DNA from: a virus
IMG/VR virus record: IMGVR_UViG_3300020579_000011
Span: 6,522 to 70,521 of that record
Length of the DNA: 64,000 bases
Strand: one strand, 5' to 3'
Below are positions 54,733 to 64,000 of the stretch, one piece after another (position 1 is the first letter of the stretch; every line of letters starts with the position of its first letter). The notes beneath the pieces are model-generated. The model was not told the origin of the DNA. It saw only the letters and a list, made by a program, of their open reading frames with translations, and made no database searches. The position numbers and the translations under genes are program-made.

Positions 54733-55697
54733 TTCCGCAAGAGATCGACAAAAAGTACGCCATCTATCAGGGAGACTGCATCGAGGTTATGGCTGGACTG
54801 CCAGAGGCCAGCGTGCATCTGTCTGTATACTCTCCGCCATTCGGAGGTCTGTATCACTATTCTTCGAGCGATCGAGACTTGTCCAACGCCAAAGATTACG
54901 GACAGTTCTTTGAGCACTATGCTTTTGTGGTCCGTGAGATTTTCCGGCTTACCTTGCCTGGGCGCATGACTGCTGTGCATTGCATGGATGTGCCTTCTGG
55001 AAATTCTGGAACGGACCATCTGATTGACTTCCCGGGTGACATTATCCGCCTGCATGAAAAAGAAGGATTTAGGTACATAGCGCGTTATTCCATCTGGAAA
55101 GAACCTCTCGCTGTCCGCAATCGCACGATGGCAAAGAACCTCGCGCACAAAACAATCGTTGAGGACTCCTCACGGTGCAGCGTAGCTTCGGCAGATTATC
55201 TTCTAGTGTTCCGCAAGAAAGGAAAAAATACCGTCGCCATAAAACATCTGAACGGTCTTACGGAATATGCCGGCGAGCGAAAGATGCCAGCCGAACTCCT
55301 GAAATATAAAGGCTGGACAGGAAACCAGATCGAGAATCGTTACTCTCATTGGATTTGGAGACAGTATGCCTCTGCATTTTGGGATGATATTCGACTTGGC
55401 CGCGTGCTCCCGTTCAAAAATGCGCGTGATGAAGAGGACGAGAAGCATGTTCATCCTTTGCAATTGGATGTGATCGAACGCTGCCTTGTGCTCTGGTCAA
55501 ATCCCGGTGAAGTCATTCTCACGCCATTCATGGGAGTAGGCTCCGAGGTCTACGCCGCAGTCATGAACGGACGAAAGGGACTCGGCATGGAATTAAAGAA
55601 AAGCTATTACAACCAAGCGCGAAAGAACATCGAGGCTGCTGTAAAGGGTTGGCAGGACCAAACTAATCAAGGTTCGCTAATCGAAGTGTCCGCTTGA
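54723..55697 (+). CDS. N4-cytosine/N6-adenine DNA methyltransferase (beta class)
   Basis: YSPPF, then HVHPLQ, then TPFMGVGSE. Confidence 0.92.
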   Translation: MAMIPQEIDKKYAIYQGDCIEVMAGLPEASVHLSVYSPPFGGLYHYSSSDRDLSNAKDYGQFFEHYAFVVREIFRLTLPGRMTAVHCMDVPSGNSGTDHLIDFPGDIIRLHEKEGFRYIARYSIWKEPLAVRNRTMAKNLAHKTIVEDSSRCSVASADYLLVFRKKGKNTVAIKHLNGLTEYAGERKMPAELLKYKGWTGNQIENRYSHWIWRQYASAFWDDIRLGRVLPFKNARDEEDEKHVHPLQLDVIERCLVLWSNPGEVILTPFMGVGSEVYAAVMNGRKGLGMELKKSYYNQARKNIEAAVKGWQDQTNQGSLIEVSA

Positions 55698-55810
55698 CAA
55701 GTTCCGAGATTTGAGAGTAGGATTTGCGCGCTCTGGTGCTCTCCGTCCTCAACCTTCCTTTGCCGGTAGCGAGGGGATGGATGGGCACCAGGCAAGAAAG
55801 CTACCGGCGA
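55694..55810 (+). promoter_or_regulatory. Promoter followed by an H-type pseudoknot leader
   Basis: TTGACA-18 bp-TAGGAT; long hairpin 55733-55791 whose loop pairs with 55800-55810. Confidence 0.6.
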
Positions 55811-55820
55811 CCATGAAGAA

Positions 55821-56105
55821 ATGTATGTTACATTCGGCGACAACGTGCCCTCCGTCACTTACTTTTGTTTGCGTCACAAAGGCTTTGTCACCGAGGAGTG
55901 CAAGACTCCAAACCATCGGTGCAAGCGCGGGCTGTGTCGGCCATGCGTGCGCAAGATTCTAGCTGAGGCTTACGCGACTTCGGAGCACGGGACCATCTCA
56001 CGGGTATACGAGCAGATCATCCGAAAAGCGGAACGAGCGAAAAGGAGAGCGAATGGCAACAAAAGGAAAAAAGTCCAGCCCCAAAAAGAAGTCATCGCAG
56101 CCTAG
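55821..56105 (+). CDS. Cys/His-rich basic protein
   Basis: CLRH..C..HRC..LCRPC; overlaps next gene. Confidence 0.45.
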   Translation: MYVTFGDNVPSVTYFCLRHKGFVTEECKTPNHRCKRGLCRPCVRKILAEAYATSEHGTISRVYEQIIRKAERAKRRANGNKRKKVQPQKEVIAA

Positions 56106-56523
56106 CCCAAAGCCTGTCCCACCAAAGCGAACAGGCAAGGCTGGCATAGGTCCGCTTGAGCATCCCGGCGATCTCGTTCAGCAAGACGAAACACGCACAG
56201 CAAAAGAGAACGCCACCGTAACGTCTGAACCTGTGAAAGAAGAAGGCAGTTCCTTACCAGAATCCGAAAAGAAAACCCCGCGTCAACGTCGCTTACCAGG
56301 ACTCGAAGACGCGAAGATCGAAGAACTCGAAAGCGCAGCGGAAGAATATGCCGACATCCGGGACCGGCGAATGGCTCTCACGACGGATGAAGTCGCCTGC
56401 AAGGAAGAGCTGCTCGCATTGATGAAGAAGCACGGCAAAGTTTCCTACATCCACAACGGCTACGACATCAAGGTTGTCGTGGAGTCCGAGAAGCTAAAAG
56501 TTAAAATCAAGAAAGAAGATTAA
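56053..56523 (+). CDS. Hypothetical protein with basic N-terminus
   Basis: AAGGAG RBS. Confidence 0.7.
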   Translation: MATKGKKSSPKKKSSQPSPKPVPPKRTGKAGIGPLEHPGDLVQQDETRTAKENATVTSEPVKEEGSSLPESEKKTPRQRRLPGLEDAKIEELESAAEEYADIRDRRMALTTDEVACKEELLALMKKHGKVSYIHNGYDIKVVVESEKLKVKIKKED

Positions 56524-56678
56524 TAGATGCGCCGTCTTTGGCTATTTCTAAGAATTGTGTGGCGGCAAGCTGACCCTGTGCCAAGTGGTATCCCGCCAGA
56601 GGACCGCAAATACTTCGGCGGTTTTTGGTGCCGCATTGGAGTGAAACTCGCATGGAGAGTGGCGAGGATGATGCATCC

Positions 56679-56981
56679 ATGACGCAGCCTAGCTTATTCG
56701 ACAATCCCGAAGTAGGCCGCGCACGCCACGCGGACCCGGACACAGCAAAGCAAGCCGCAAAGAGTATCACCGTAGCAGACCTAGAACGCCGTGTGCTCAA
56801 CTTGCTTGTGCGCAACCCATCGGGCCTCACGACACATGAGATAGCCAAGGCGCTGGACGTGGAGTTGGTGTCTATCTCACCGAGGATGGCTCCGCTGCGG
56901 ACGAAAGGACTCGTGAGAGATTCCGGCGAACGGCGCGAGACTCCATCGGGACGAACAGGGATTGTCTGGAAAGTCTGTTAG
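56679..56981 (+). CDS. Winged-helix DNA-binding protein
   Basis: ARHADPDTA..GLTTHEIA..ISPRMAPL..GLVRDSGERR. Confidence 0.8.
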   Translation: MTQPSLFDNPEVGRARHADPDTAKQAAKSITVADLERRVLNLLVRNPSGLTTHEIAKALDVELVSISPRMAPLRTKGLVRDSGERRETPSGRTGIVWKVC

Positions 56982-56990
56982 GAGGGATGA

Positions 56991-57599
56991 ATGAAAGAAG
57001 AAATTCAGGTAACGCACGGAAAGTTGGAATGGCCTGCGGGGACGCCGCGGACTCTTATTGGCAACCGTGAGCCAAACTCACAGTGGAAGAAGACAACCGA
57101 CTATTATGAAGAGGCTCTCATTAAGGAGCTGGACCGCCTCGGTGTAGTGGGAATAAAAATCACAACCAACAATACGGCACAAGACCCAGGTGTAGCCGTC
57201 TGGATTAGCCGTCAGCGACCAGCGGATTACTCTTGGCAGCAGATTCTTGGAATTGATAGTCCCTCGCCGACCCGCGAAGAAGTGAACACCGCCTACCGGA
57301 CAAAGAGCCGGCCGTACCATCCGGACAATCCATCAAACTCTGACCTAGAAATGTTTCTACTCATCACCAAGGCGCGCGACCGTGCTCTTGAATGGATTGA
57401 GATGAGCGAAGGCCGCACTCACAATATGGTCATCGCCTGCGACCGATGGAAAGAAGCGCGACTCAACCTGAACGCCATTCGATTGATGATTGGAGCTATC
57501 CGCACCGGCGAAAGAGTAGGAACTACCTCCATGATGGAGAAAGCATTCGCTGGATATGCGGCGATTACGGAGGGCGCAAGTGTCTCTTCCGCTGCTTGA
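56991..57599 (+). CDS. J-domain-containing phage protein
   Basis: WQQILG...EVNTAYR....YHPD. Confidence 0.8.
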   Translation: MKEEIQVTHGKLEWPAGTPRTLIGNREPNSQWKKTTDYYEEALIKELDRLGVVGIKITTNNTAQDPGVAVWISRQRPADYSWQQILGIDSPSPTREEVNTAYRTKSRPYHPDNPSNSDLEMFLLITKARDRALEWIEMSEGRTHNMVIACDRWKEARLNLNAIRLMIGAIRTGERVGTTSMMEKAFAGYAAITEGASVSSAA

Positions 57600-58023
57600 G
57601 AATGGGCCTCGTATCGTAGACGCTGAACAGGTAGATGAGTTTGCAAAACTCCGCGAAGAGATTCAGGAACTTCGCGCGGAGATAGACGACTTGGAAGCAC
57701 GTTACGCCAAAGACCGCCAGCAGATTATAGGGTGGGCTCACGCGATGAGAGCCATCTTCGGTGGAAACGCCGAGACAGTCTCTCAACAAACCACGCCGGA
57801 AAATCCCAAAGTCAGCCGCGTCTGGGAATCGTGGAAGCAGAAACTTCCCGGCAAGCCAGCGGAAATCATTCAGGCGCTCTTGGAGCACGGCGAGATGAAT
57901 GTAGCCCAAATCCGGGTAGCAGCTCACTGCGGCCAGCAAACCGTCTACGACGTGACTTCCAAACTCTACAAACTTGGCCTTATCAACAAAAATGGAGGGA
58001 AGTATTCGCTGAAAGCGTTGTAG
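57580..58023 (+). CDS. Coiled coil plus C-terminal winged helix
   Basis: IIQALLEHGEMNVAQI...KLYKLGLINKNGGKYSL. Confidence 0.7.
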   Translation: MSLPLLENGPRIVDAEQVDEFAKLREEIQELRAEIDDLEARYAKDRQQIIGWAHAMRAIFGGNAETVSQQTTPENPKVSRVWESWKQKLPGKPAEIIQALLEHGEMNVAQIRVAAHCGQQTVYDVTSKLYKLGLINKNGGKYSLKAL

Positions 58024-58072
58024 GATGTAGACCATCGGGCAGTGAAATCGAAAACAAAGAGAGGAACACAGA

Positions 58073-58720
58073 ATGAGACCACGATTCAGTTGGAGAAAGT
58101 TTGGGATTAGCTTTCTGTTTGTGTACGCAGTATTGCTCATCGCGACCATGGCATCAGGCTGTTCGGCGGCATGGCTAGGAGCTGTGGGCGCACTCATGCC
58201 GGCGCTGGAAGCTGCGGTTTCCGCCGCGGTTGCTTTCGTCATGGCACTTGAGGGCAAGACGGTGCCAGCGTCGGTGACAGCCGCTATTCAGAAGATCGGT
58301 TCAGATGTTGCAGCCGAGATTGCCGAAGTCCAGCAACTCATCGCCGCTTACCAGGCAGCCGCATCGACTGGCACACTCAGTCAGATTCAAGCGGTCATGC
58401 AGGCCATCATCTCTAACCTCACTGGCATCTTGAGCGCGGGAGGAATTACAGACTCCTCGACGGTCGGCAAGTTGACTGCCCTCGTAGGCTTGGCTATTGC
58501 TGCAGCGAACGCGGTCATCGGACTCATTCCGCTGGTCACTTCGGCTCTTAGTTCCAGCGCTTCCAGAGAAGTTCTCGAAGCGCAAGATAAGGAAGCTGCC
58601 GCCTACGTCGATAGCGCTCATAAGGCACTACAGGCTGCTTATGTGACGATCCGTACGACCGCTACTCCAAACACCGATGTAAACAGCGCATTGAGCGTGT
58701 TGCCTACAAATCTCCCGTAG
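58073..58720 (+). CDS. Predicted lipoprotein, Ala-rich helical
   Basis: Signal peptide ending in lipobox-like ASG-C. Confidence 0.65.
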   Translation: MRPRFSWRKFGISFLFVYAVLLIATMASGCSAAWLGAVGALMPALEAAVSAAVAFVMALEGKTVPASVTAAIQKIGSDVAAEIAEVQQLIAAYQAAASTGTLSQIQAVMQAIISNLTGILSAGGITDSSTVGKLTALVGLAIAAANAVIGLIPLVTSALSSSASREVLEAQDKEAAAYVDSAHKALQAAYVTIRTTATPNTDVNSALSVLPTNLP

Positions 58721-58828
58721 TTCCACTCTTACCAGCCTAGAGCGTCCAGTAGCGACTGGCTGTGAGTATGTTCTGCTGGCAGAGGGTACAGCGCAAGCCA
58801 AGGCCCTCTGTGACGAATTGAAAGCCTT

Positions 58829-59290
58829 ATGCCTATCCGATTACAAATTGTCACAGAACAGTGGAACCCCATCTCGATGGCAATTCGTATAGGGACACGC
58901 TCATGGGCAAGCCATGCGGAGTTCGTCGATACGGACGCCTGCACAACACTCGGCTCACGTAGCATCGGCGGAGTCCAAATCCGATCGTACTTCAAGGACC
59001 ATTACAGTAGAGTCGAGCAATTCACTTCCGAACCGGGCGCTATCGTGAAGGCTTATCAGTGGGCGCTTACGCAGGTGGGCAAGCCCTACGACTTCTCAGC
59101 TATCGCAGGCATCACGCTCGACCGGAACTGGCACGACGAGCGACGGTGGTTCTGTTCTGAGCTTATTGTTGTGGCGTTCGAGAAAGCCGGTGCGCCCATT
59201 CTAAGCACGCGACCGTCGAGCGCCTTCTGGCGTATCACACCGCGCGATTTGTTGCTGTCGAGACAACTATTCTATCTGGAGGGAACATGA
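58829..59290 (+). CDS. Permuted papain-like NlpC/P60 amidase (YiiX/YaeF-like)
   Basis: SHAEF precedes GKPYD...WFCSEL...ITPRDL. Confidence 0.85.
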   Translation: MPIRLQIVTEQWNPISMAIRIGTRSWASHAEFVDTDACTTLGSRSIGGVQIRSYFKDHYSRVEQFTSEPGAIVKAYQWALTQVGKPYDFSAIAGITLDRNWHDERRWFCSELIVVAFEKAGAPILSTRPSSAFWRITPRDLLLSRQLFYLEGT

Positions 59291-60033
59291 AATTCGGCAA
59301 GCACGCACCAAAGCGGTCTCTCAAGACTCTGGCGTTGAGCAATTATATTAAGGCATCTGCTGTCGCTTTCCCTCAGTCGCACGCCTATGAGAGAAATATT
59401 CCCTACGGAATGCTGCTCAACGATTCTCTCGGGGATTGTGTGATCGCTGGCTGTTCACATCTCGAGATGGCATGGCAATCGATAGCGCACGCTGGAGACA
59501 CACCATTCTTGCCGACCGATGACCAAGTGACTGCGGATTACTCAGCGGTCGGTGGCTACGTCAAAGGCGATTCCTCCACAGACCAAGGCTGCAATATGCT
59601 CGACGCCATGCACTACGGACTCCGCACGGGCTTTGTTGGTCGTCCGCCGTGGCAGAGTTTCGCAACGCTCGACGTGCAGAACGTGGACCAAGTGAAAGCC
59701 GCAATCTACATCTTTGGCGGGGCACCAATTGGATTCGCCGTGCCTCAGTCCATGGTGGACCAGCTCAACAATGGGCAAGAGCCGACGTTTGCGTTCATTC
59801 AGGGCGACAAACCTTCTGGAGAAGGGCATTGTGTCCTCCCTGTAGGCTATGGCCGCTCTGGGCTGGCCCTAGTGTCATGGGGCAAGGTTTATCACACGTC
59901 CTGGGACTTCTGGATGGCTTGGGTAGACGAAGCCTACTGTGTCGTATCGAAGGACTGGCTCAAGGCGAGCGGAGTCTCTCCGACAGGTTTGGACCTCGAC
60001 GGTCTACTCGCTGATTTACCACAAGCGGCGTAA
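59287..60033 (+). CDS. Papain-like cysteine peptidase (lysin-associated)
   Basis: LNDSLGDCVIAG, DQG, GHCVLPVGY, VSWG. Confidence 0.75.
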   Translation: MKFGKHAPKRSLKTLALSNYIKASAVAFPQSHAYERNIPYGMLLNDSLGDCVIAGCSHLEMAWQSIAHAGDTPFLPTDDQVTADYSAVGGYVKGDSSTDQGCNMLDAMHYGLRTGFVGRPPWQSFATLDVQNVDQVKAAIYIFGGAPIGFAVPQSMVDQLNNGQEPTFAFIQGDKPSGEGHCVLPVGYGRSGLALVSWGKVYHTSWDFWMAWVDEAYCVVSKDWLKASGVSPTGLDLDGLLADLPQAA

Positions 60034-60245
60034 AGTTTGGCGGTGCGTCTGGTCAACGCTAACGATACAGAGGGGCTGCCCGTGACGAAAGGGAGAGGTA
60101 CAGTGCAATGCTGTGCTGGTACAGTTTCGGCTCCTCTCGCCGCCAAAGTCTTAGCCAGCGATTCGGATACTGGCGGAAAGAGAGGGGTGTTACCACATGG
60201 AGGCAGCTATCGCCTCGAACGGTGCTGCCTCCCCCTGAAACTCTT

Positions 60246-60425
60246 ATGGTCACAGTGACACAAATCCTTCCCGAAGGGAAAACGCAATCCGTCGTGGTTA
60301 ATCCTGCCAACGTGGAGCAGGTCAATCCTAAAGAATCAGGATCAACGCTCATCATGGCAAGCGGTCGCTTGGTGGACATAAAGGAGACGATGGACGAATG
60401 GACCCAATTAGCGAAACGAGATTAG
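60246..60425 (+). CDS. FlbD-like small protein
   Basis: VVNPANVEQV...STLIMASG...IKETMDE. Confidence 0.5.
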   Translation: MVTVTQILPEGKTQSVVVNPANVEQVNPKESGSTLIMASGRLVDIKETMDEWTQLAKRD

Positions 60426-60898
60426 CTCTCGTAAACCCAGAACTCTCACGCCGCATCCACCAACTCGCGGACCTTGTATCATTCCCGTTCAGGATTACAC
60501 AAGGTTTGCGGACCTACTCAGAGCAAGATGCTCTTTTCGATCAAGGCCGCACAGCGCCGGGAAGGATTGTCACGGAAGCTAAAGGCGGCTATTCAGCACA
60601 CAACTTTGGGTACGCTGTAGACGTAGTGCCATTCATCAATGGCGTGCCTGATTGGAACGATAGGGATGCGCAATGGGCTGAGATACTCGCCAAGGCTCCA
60701 TCGTGCGGTTTATCCGAAGGGGCGACTTGGCGCACATTCCCGGATTTTCCGCATCTTTATCCCTCCGAATGTCCCGCTGACCCCACAGACGAGATACGGT
60801 CACTGATGGCTTCCGGGGGCTTGCAGGCTGTTTGGGCTGCCATATTGCCCGTGGAGAGCAATGCCGGGGATGTTACGACGGCGAGCGCCGAGGGCTAA
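60398..60898 (+). CDS. Endolysin, M15 L-Ala-D-Glu peptidase
   Basis: LRTYSEQDALFDQGR, SAHNFGYAVD, DFPH. Confidence 0.9.
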   Translation: MDPISETRLALVNPELSRRIHQLADLVSFPFRITQGLRTYSEQDALFDQGRTAPGRIVTEAKGGYSAHNFGYAVDVVPFINGVPDWNDRDAQWAEILAKAPSCGLSEGATWRTFPDFPHLYPSECPADPTDEIRSLMASGGLQAVWAAILPVESNAGDVTTASAEG

Positions 60899-61439
60899 GA
60901 GCAATCCATCCGAACGCTGCGATGCCTAGCGTAGACGGCAACCAACCGTTCAGCGCATACCACGACTCATTGCGGAAGAATCCAAAGTCATAACAGGACT
61001 GTGCGAGCGACAGAATTCCGATGGTCCTTACCGCGAGGCGGTCCTGGCACGTCGATGCGACTTGCAGTAGAGAGAGGCCGATAATGGAAAGGAAAACCCC
61101 CTCAAAGAAGGTCACGAAGTCCTCGACGGGATGCTGAGTCATCCCGAGCGCTCCAATGATGCCCATGAATATCCCGAAGTTGATAGAGGCAAGGTAGAGC
61201 CGCACGTCGAGCCGCCCCTCCCAAATCATAAAGCAGCAGCACTCGAAGATCGGTAGCGTCACCGCGCCGTAGAGAATAGCGTAGAGCGTGGCATGGTCAC
61301 CCAGTAAGCGCACGCCCATGAATAGGGCGCAAGTGGCGATGAGTTGAGCGTTGAAATAGAGCCTAACTGCCCTCTGGCTTCGGCGGCGTGCTGCCAGAAT
61401 CGACAGGAGGCCAATCAAGAAAGACGCCCAGGAGTTCAT
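60873..61439 (-). CDS. Multi-pass membrane protein
   Basis: AAGGAG RBS; about 6-7 hydrophobic segments. Confidence 0.7.
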   Translation of the reverse strand: MNSWASFLIGLLSILAARRRSQRAVRLYFNAQLIATCALFMGVRLLGDHATLYAILYGAVTLPIFECCCFMIWEGRLDVRLYLASINFGIFMGIIGALGMTQHPVEDFVTFFEGVFLSIIGLSLLQVASTCQDRLAVRTIGILSLAQSCYDFGFFRNESWYALNGWLPSTLGIAAFGWIALSPRRSPS

Positions 61440-61559
61440 GGTTCAGCTTCTCCTTGAAGTATTGTGCGTCGTAGGCATTCTTCAAAGTGAACGTTACCTG
61501 ATTCCCTGCTACGGTTATGGGAGTCAGGATAGATACAGTTCCAGGACGATTACCGATGC

Positions 61560-61745
61560 TCATTTTACCTCCGAGTGCCCGTTAATGCCGTGGGCCTTTT
61601 CGTACCACCGCCAAACCTTTTCGTGCTGATAGTTACGGACTGCTTCCCGCTCAACAGCTCTTTTGTTTAGACGCCACTCCACGACGAAGAAACCGATGAT
61701 ATTGCTGACGAGGATGACGACGGTGTTCGTGTCGGGAGCAATCAT
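61560..61745 (-). CDS. Small single-TM protein
   Basis: GAGG RBS; one TM. Confidence 0.5.
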   Translation of the reverse strand: MIAPDTNTVVILVSNIIGFFVVEWRLNKRAVEREAVRNYQHEKVWRWYEKAHGINGHSEVK

Positions 61746-62053
61746 GGTTTCTTCCTCGCATCTCGCCCGTAAATCTTCTTCCGCAACTCCTCGTAACACT
61801 TCTTATGATAAAAAAACTTCTCCCCGAGGAACTCGCGCTCCTCCTGCTCGCCGGGCTGGATGTCCAGTTTGCAGATAGGGCATTTCATCGGCCTAGAAGA
61901 ACGTCGAGAGACACCAGCACAGCAACCCAGCCGCAATCATCTTTGTCCGGTACGGCTCGACGGGTGCAGGCCATGCGAACGCTGCCAGAAAGAACAGCAC
62001 GCAAGCCAGCACGAGCAGGATTAAGTGTAACGGTGCACCGCCATTTCGTTCGT

Positions 62054-62410
62054 TCATTTCTGTTCTCCTTCGTCTACGACTTTTTGTTTCGCTTCGTGTT
62101 CCGCAAGTTTCAACTTCGCGTTCTCAAGGTCCGCCTTGTCTGCCACGTTCTTACTTATCTCATAGATGCGCGCGGCCTTCTCGACAATGAGCGCGAGCGC
62201 GATGCCGTACTGACTGTTGACAAGTGTATGTGTTTTTTCGGCGAGCACGAGGACTTTGTGCTGCTCGACAGCCTGCCGGGTTTCCGCATCTTGCCGTGCG
62301 GCTTCTTGCGTCTTGGCAATCCTCATGTTGACCCGCGCATTTATGAATGGCGGGACGGTCACGACAACCGTGGTGAAAAATCCCAGCCATGCAACCGTTG
62401 GTTCAATCAC
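62054..62410 (-). CDS. Single-TM protein (holin/antiholin-like)
   Basis: GGAGG RBS; N-terminal TM; THTLVNSQ motif. Confidence 0.55.
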   Translation of the reverse strand: MIEPTVAWLGFFTTVVVTVPPFINARVNMRIAKTQEAARQDAETRQAVEQHKVLVLAEKTHTLVNSQYGIALALIVEKAARIYEISKNVADKADLENAKLKLAEHEAKQKVVDEGEQK

Positions 62411-62712
62411 GGCTTCGGTGCCTCCGTCTGTGCTTTCGAGATAGCCGCTCCCGCTTCGACGTTCGCTTGTTTGGCATCCGCAAGAGTTTGCTGGAGCATG
62501 GGAGGAGTGTCACCGCTATGCGCCCACTGGCTCCAAAATCTGGCCTCGCTGACCAGAACCACGAATCCCATGCCAATCAGCACATGCCGGAACCACGGCC
62601 AGCTAAAGAGCGCCTGCGGAACATCCACGAAGTTCGTCAGAATGACGCCGCACGCAGCGCCAACAGCAGACTTGAGAGCGCCACTCCATAGAGTTTTCTG
62701 TGTGATGTTCAT
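62407..62712 (-). CDS. Putative 2-TM holin
   Basis: 101 aa, two TM segments, hydrophilic tail. Confidence 0.55.
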   Translation of the reverse strand: MNITQKTLWSGALKSAVGAACGVILTNFVDVPQALFSWPWFRHVLIGMGFVVLVSEARFWSQWAHSGDTPPMLQQTLADAKQANVEAGAAISKAQTEAPKP

Positions 62713-62942
62713 TGCATCCTCACTTTTTATTTTGCCGGAGGCCCAGGCGTACCCTCGGTCTCCGGCTTGGTTAGCGTTCGCGTGATTCTCCTTAGTTGGA
62801 TTTACAAACTCACGGTGAATCGAAAGTCACGCAACTGTTGTCTACGGGCGAGCACCATATGCAAGGACACTGAACGATGGAAAGTATCGCCCACTCTAGT
62901 GCTCCACCGGGCATCGCGCATCCAATAAAGCCGTTATCCTCG

Positions 62943-63632
62943 TCAACCTCGCATCCCTCCGCGAGTTGCCCGGTCACGAAAAGGCAGCACCGGAGAATCG
63001 AAGTTGATTGCCACGCCGCTCGAATCAGTCACCTTAATAGAAAAGATGGAGGAACCACTCGATGAAGGAACGCCAGCGACTATGCCGTTTGATGACAACG
63101 TAAGTCCTACAGGTAACGACCCCGAGTTGAGCGTCCACGTGTACGGTGGCGTCCCACCTGTGAGTCCCGTAACGGTCAACAATGATGCGGTATACGAGAT
63201 TCCCACTGTTCCGTTTGGGAGCACGACCGGAGCATTAAAAGTCAGCGGAGACGCGGTGCATGAAATCGTAATGGTCACTAGGGTTCCGGGCGTGGCAGAT
63301 AGCGCAGACGCCGGAATCGTCCCCGAAAGAAGGCCCGTCGTCGAATTGTAAAGTTGCGTCGCTGGGGAGATGGGGGTGATTGCAGTGGTTCCTACGGTTG
63401 CTGTGCAGGATGAGTTGAATCCAGTCGTTGTGCACGGCGGCGTTGTAGAAGGAGTCGATACGGAAGCAAGAGAGATGGGAGCCGCAGTGTTCTGGTAAAA
63501 ACTGCCCGGAGTTGGAATTACCGAACATAGCGACGCCGGTGCCACAATCCTGATCGTCGTGGTTTGCGTCTGGGCCTTAGAAGACAAAGCGCAAAACAAA
63601 ATCAGTGGTACCAATGCGAGTAGCCGTTTCAT
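62943..63632 (-). CDS. Secreted protein with putative Ig (He_PIG-like) domain
   Basis: AAGGAG RBS; signal MKRLLALVPLILFCALSSKA-Q; GGTPPYTWTL.SGSLP.GLTL..G.VAG.P. Confidence 0.85.
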   Translation of the reverse strand: MKRLLALVPLILFCALSSKAQTQTTTIRIVAPASLCSVIPTPGSFYQNTAAPISLASVSTPSTTPPCTTTGFNSSCTATVGTTAITPISPATQLYNSTTGLLSGTIPASALSATPGTLVTITISCTASPLTFNAPVVLPNGTVGISYTASLLTVTGLTGGTPPYTWTLNSGSLPVGLTLSSNGIVAGVPSSSGSSIFSIKVTDSSGVAINFDSPVLPFRDRATRGGMRG

Positions 63633-64000
63633 ATTTTTTCTCCTTCGAAATTGATGCACCTGCGGGATTGACAGTCATAGAAGCTGCAAAAATCGCTGTC
63701 GCTGGAGCTGGCGGTTGAGTTCCAGAGTAGCAGGTACTCGCATTGAACGTGAGCACGCTTCCGGTGCCATCAGCCGGTCCTGCCATCACGTTCAAGTAGC
63801 AGTCCTGGGCCGGATTCAGGTTCGCGTGCCCGCCGACGCCGGAGACGTTTCCGCCAGCTACGTCCGGCCCAATGGGAGGCCAGGGCACCGACCGGAACCA
63901 GCTCGGCTTCGCGGACAGGTAGAACGAGTTCGGGAACGTCTGCGGCGGTGAGAAAGCGGCGTAGAGGTTTATGCCAGTGGGGACTTCTCCAGCGGTGAAT
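63577..64000 (-). CDS. C-terminal part of a large, probably extracellular protein (runs off the right edge)
   Basis: Frame open from 63999: FPNSFYLSAKPSWF...WPPIGPDV...PAQDCY, a C-terminal motif recalled from bacterial secreted beta-helix proteins. Confidence 0.65.
   Translation of the reverse strand, partial: FTAGEVPTGINLYAAFSPPQTFPNSFYLSAKPSWFRSVPWPPIGPDVAGGNVSGVGGHANLNPAQDCYLNVMAGPADGTGSVLTFNASTCYSGTQPPAPATAIFAASMTVNPAGASISKEKKYETATRIGTTDFVLRFVF

Noticed and set aside
61805-62785. 326-aa plus-strand ORF
   Set aside because: Antisense to RBS-supported membrane genes; no recognisable motifs.
1-64000. tRNA genes, alternative genetic code, integrase/att sites
   Set aside because: No cloverleaf with a T-loop consensus was seen by eye; long genes read intact in code 11 with all three stops used; no recombinase motifs. 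A tRNAscan run would be needed to be sure.

Overview
The window is most of a tailed-phage genome (Caudoviricetes) with podovirus-like gene order and no tape measure. The host may be Acidobacteriota, which is a weak inference from protein style only. Minus strand 39.6 kb to 1 is the morphogenesis arm: terS, terL, portal, scaffold, major capsid gene split by a group I intron carrying a LAGLIDADG endonuclease, GroES, head-tail and tail proteins, ejection-type proteins, a 7-gene glycosyltransferase/FkbM block and a giant >1850-aa fibre gene missed by the ORF track. Around 39.6-58 kb is a divergent early region: Cro-like HTH, DNA-modification genes, RecT-like protein, nucleases, SNF2 helicase and J-domain protein. 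58-61 kb holds three cell-wall peptidases. 61-64 kb holds membrane and secreted proteins. No integrase, polymerase, primase or classical initiator is recognisable. Most striking observations: (1) fibre-like and Ig-like proteins carrying Sec signal peptides and paired cysteines next to a separately regulated cytoplasmic glycosylation operon; (2) an oriC-like DnaA-box cluster directly upstream of a stand-alone DnaA domain-IV gene; (3) a CGGGUA motif, often in hairpin loops, before many late start codons; (4) three uncharacterised, highly structured RNAs, two of them pseudoknotted; (5) a 33 x 9-nt (Cys-Ser-X) repeat protein. All family assignments come from motif recognition by eye; no searches were run.
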